A stretch of 64,000 nt of DNA, filler included, from Stramenopiles sp. TOSAG23-2 (lineage: Eukaryota), in assembly GCA_900128395.1 (NCBI GenBank). It is 56 parts of 56 records of this genome, joined end to end, with 100 filler letters (N's around TTAATTAATTAA, not from the genome) between each part and the next. Parts side by side here need not be neighbours in the genome. Positions count along the whole stretch, not along the records: positions 62,965 to 64,000 come from LT653950.1; 55 more parts are not named here. One strand, 5' to 3'. The position numbers and the translations under genes were made by a program. The notes below the pieces were generated by a model. It had not been told where the DNA came from and did no database searches. It saw only the letters and a program-made list of their open reading frames with translations. This document shows positions 63,091 through 64,000 of the stretch, piece after piece (position 1 is the stretch's first letter; every line of letters begins with the position of its first letter).

Positions 63091-64000
63091 TCACTCGTGG
63101 ACATCATTATATTTTAATAATTCAACCGGTGGTTTTGGCAATCCTTGAATAAACATTTCACTTTCCATTTTATTATGGTATGATTTAATTTCATCTAATG
63201 TTAATACAGGTGTTAAACATGCATCTTTTCCATCACAAATATTGACCCATTCATCCCTTGTTTTCGTTTTGAATATATCGGTAAACATACGTTTCATTTC
63301 AGGCCATTTTTTTACATCATTTTGATCTGGCAAATCATTTATATTTAAACCTAGACATTCTATTAATTCGTTGTAAAATTGAGGTTCGATAGCACCAACA
63401 GATACAAATTCATTGTCATTCAATGTTTCATAGACATCATAATAATATGCACCTCCATCAATTACATTAGAACCAGTTTTATTCCATAACTTTTCAGTCA
63501 ATTCACGTTCATACAAGGCCATCATAATGCCAAAGGAACCTGTTAATCCTGCGCCAGCAAAATCTCCTAAAAAATTTACTGGTGGAAGTGGTATGTACAT
63601 TGTATTGTTACTATTATTAGTAGTACTATCTTTATTTCGACTAAACATGGATAATGCACCAGACATGCTAAGATAATTAATATCATGGCCAGCTGCAGTT
63701 GACATAGGGCCACGGTGACCATATCCAGTCAATGATGTGTAGATTACTTTATCGTTTATTTTCATTAAATCATTTGGGCCTAAATTTAATAAACTCATTT
63801 TATTTGGACGATATGGGTCAATTAAAACATCACATTTATTTTTTATTAAATCTTTAAATACTTCTCTATCTTCTTCATCTTTTAAATCTAATTTCATAAC
63901 ATTTTTACCATGTCCAAGTGATGTAGTCCCATAGTGAGGTTTGCCACCTTTCCGATCTATCCTCGTAACATTTGCACCATAATCTTGCAACATTTTTCCG
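63091..64000 (-). CDS. AMACR: Alpha-methylacyl-CoA racemase (CaiB/BaiF family), 5' partial, apparent internal deletion
   Basis: LQDYGANVTRIDR, DVLIDPYRP, AGHDINYLSMSG, PPVNFLGDFAG, VGAIEPQFY, FKTKTRDEW, DACLTPVL. Confidence 0.9.
   Translation of the reverse strand, partial: GKMLQDYGANVTRIDRKGGKPHYGTTSLGHGKNVMKLDLKDEEDREVFKDLIKNKCDVLIDPYRPNKMSLLNLGPNDLMKINDKVIYTSLTGYGHRGPMSTAAGHDINYLSMSGALSMFSRNKDSTTNNSNNTMYIPLPPVNFLGDFAGAGLTGSFGIMMALYERELTEKLWNKTGSNVIDGGAYYYDVYETLNDNEFVSVGAIEPQFYNELIECLGLNINDLPDQNDVKKWPEMKRMFTDIFKTKTRDEWVNICDGKDACLTPVLTLDEIKSYHNKMESEMFIQGLPKPPVELLKYNDVHE

Overview
This is not contiguous genome. It is 56 short contigs of about 1.04-1.05 kb, sorted by decreasing length and joined by 55 identical artificial 100-bp linkers (N44-TTAATTAATTAA-N44, with stops in all six frames). 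Adjacency between contigs therefore means nothing, and ORF-track ends such as 'XXXLIN' are linker artefacts. The DNA is an AT-rich eukaryotic nuclear genome in the standard code, with GT-AG introns, one carrying a TACTAAC branch point. The gene content (CCT5, RPB9, ALG6, MOB, TBC1D19-like, LMBR1-family, PDE, ABCC, VPS13, DD3-3, MABP, FYVE, AMACR) suggests a heterotrophic protist, possibly an uncultured marine stramenopile single-cell genome; the taxon is inference only. Several contigs switch abruptly between unrelated genes, or carry exact tandem duplications, an internal deletion or small frameshifts. These are most simply amplification or assembly chimeras, so any novel domain fusion here needs caution. 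Most interesting signals: (i) a FYVE finger joined to a CNG/KCNH-type channel voltage-sensor region; (ii) a recurrent non-coding palindrome TACCWGGT(A/G) and GCTAGC-type micro-repeats on 5' sides of genes, versus CpG-containing TACGA/TTCGTA/ACGCGT words on 3' sides; (iii) foldback hairpins, one with G-U-biased mismatches, and a small dispersed repeat family; (iv) prokaryote/virus-type domains (zeta-toxin-like kinase, DUF1737, an amino-methyltransferase N-terminus, an amidohydrolase); (v) a PA domain plus J-like HPD module. No rRNA, tRNA, CRISPR array or autonomous transposase was recognised. No complete new system can be established from these fragments.
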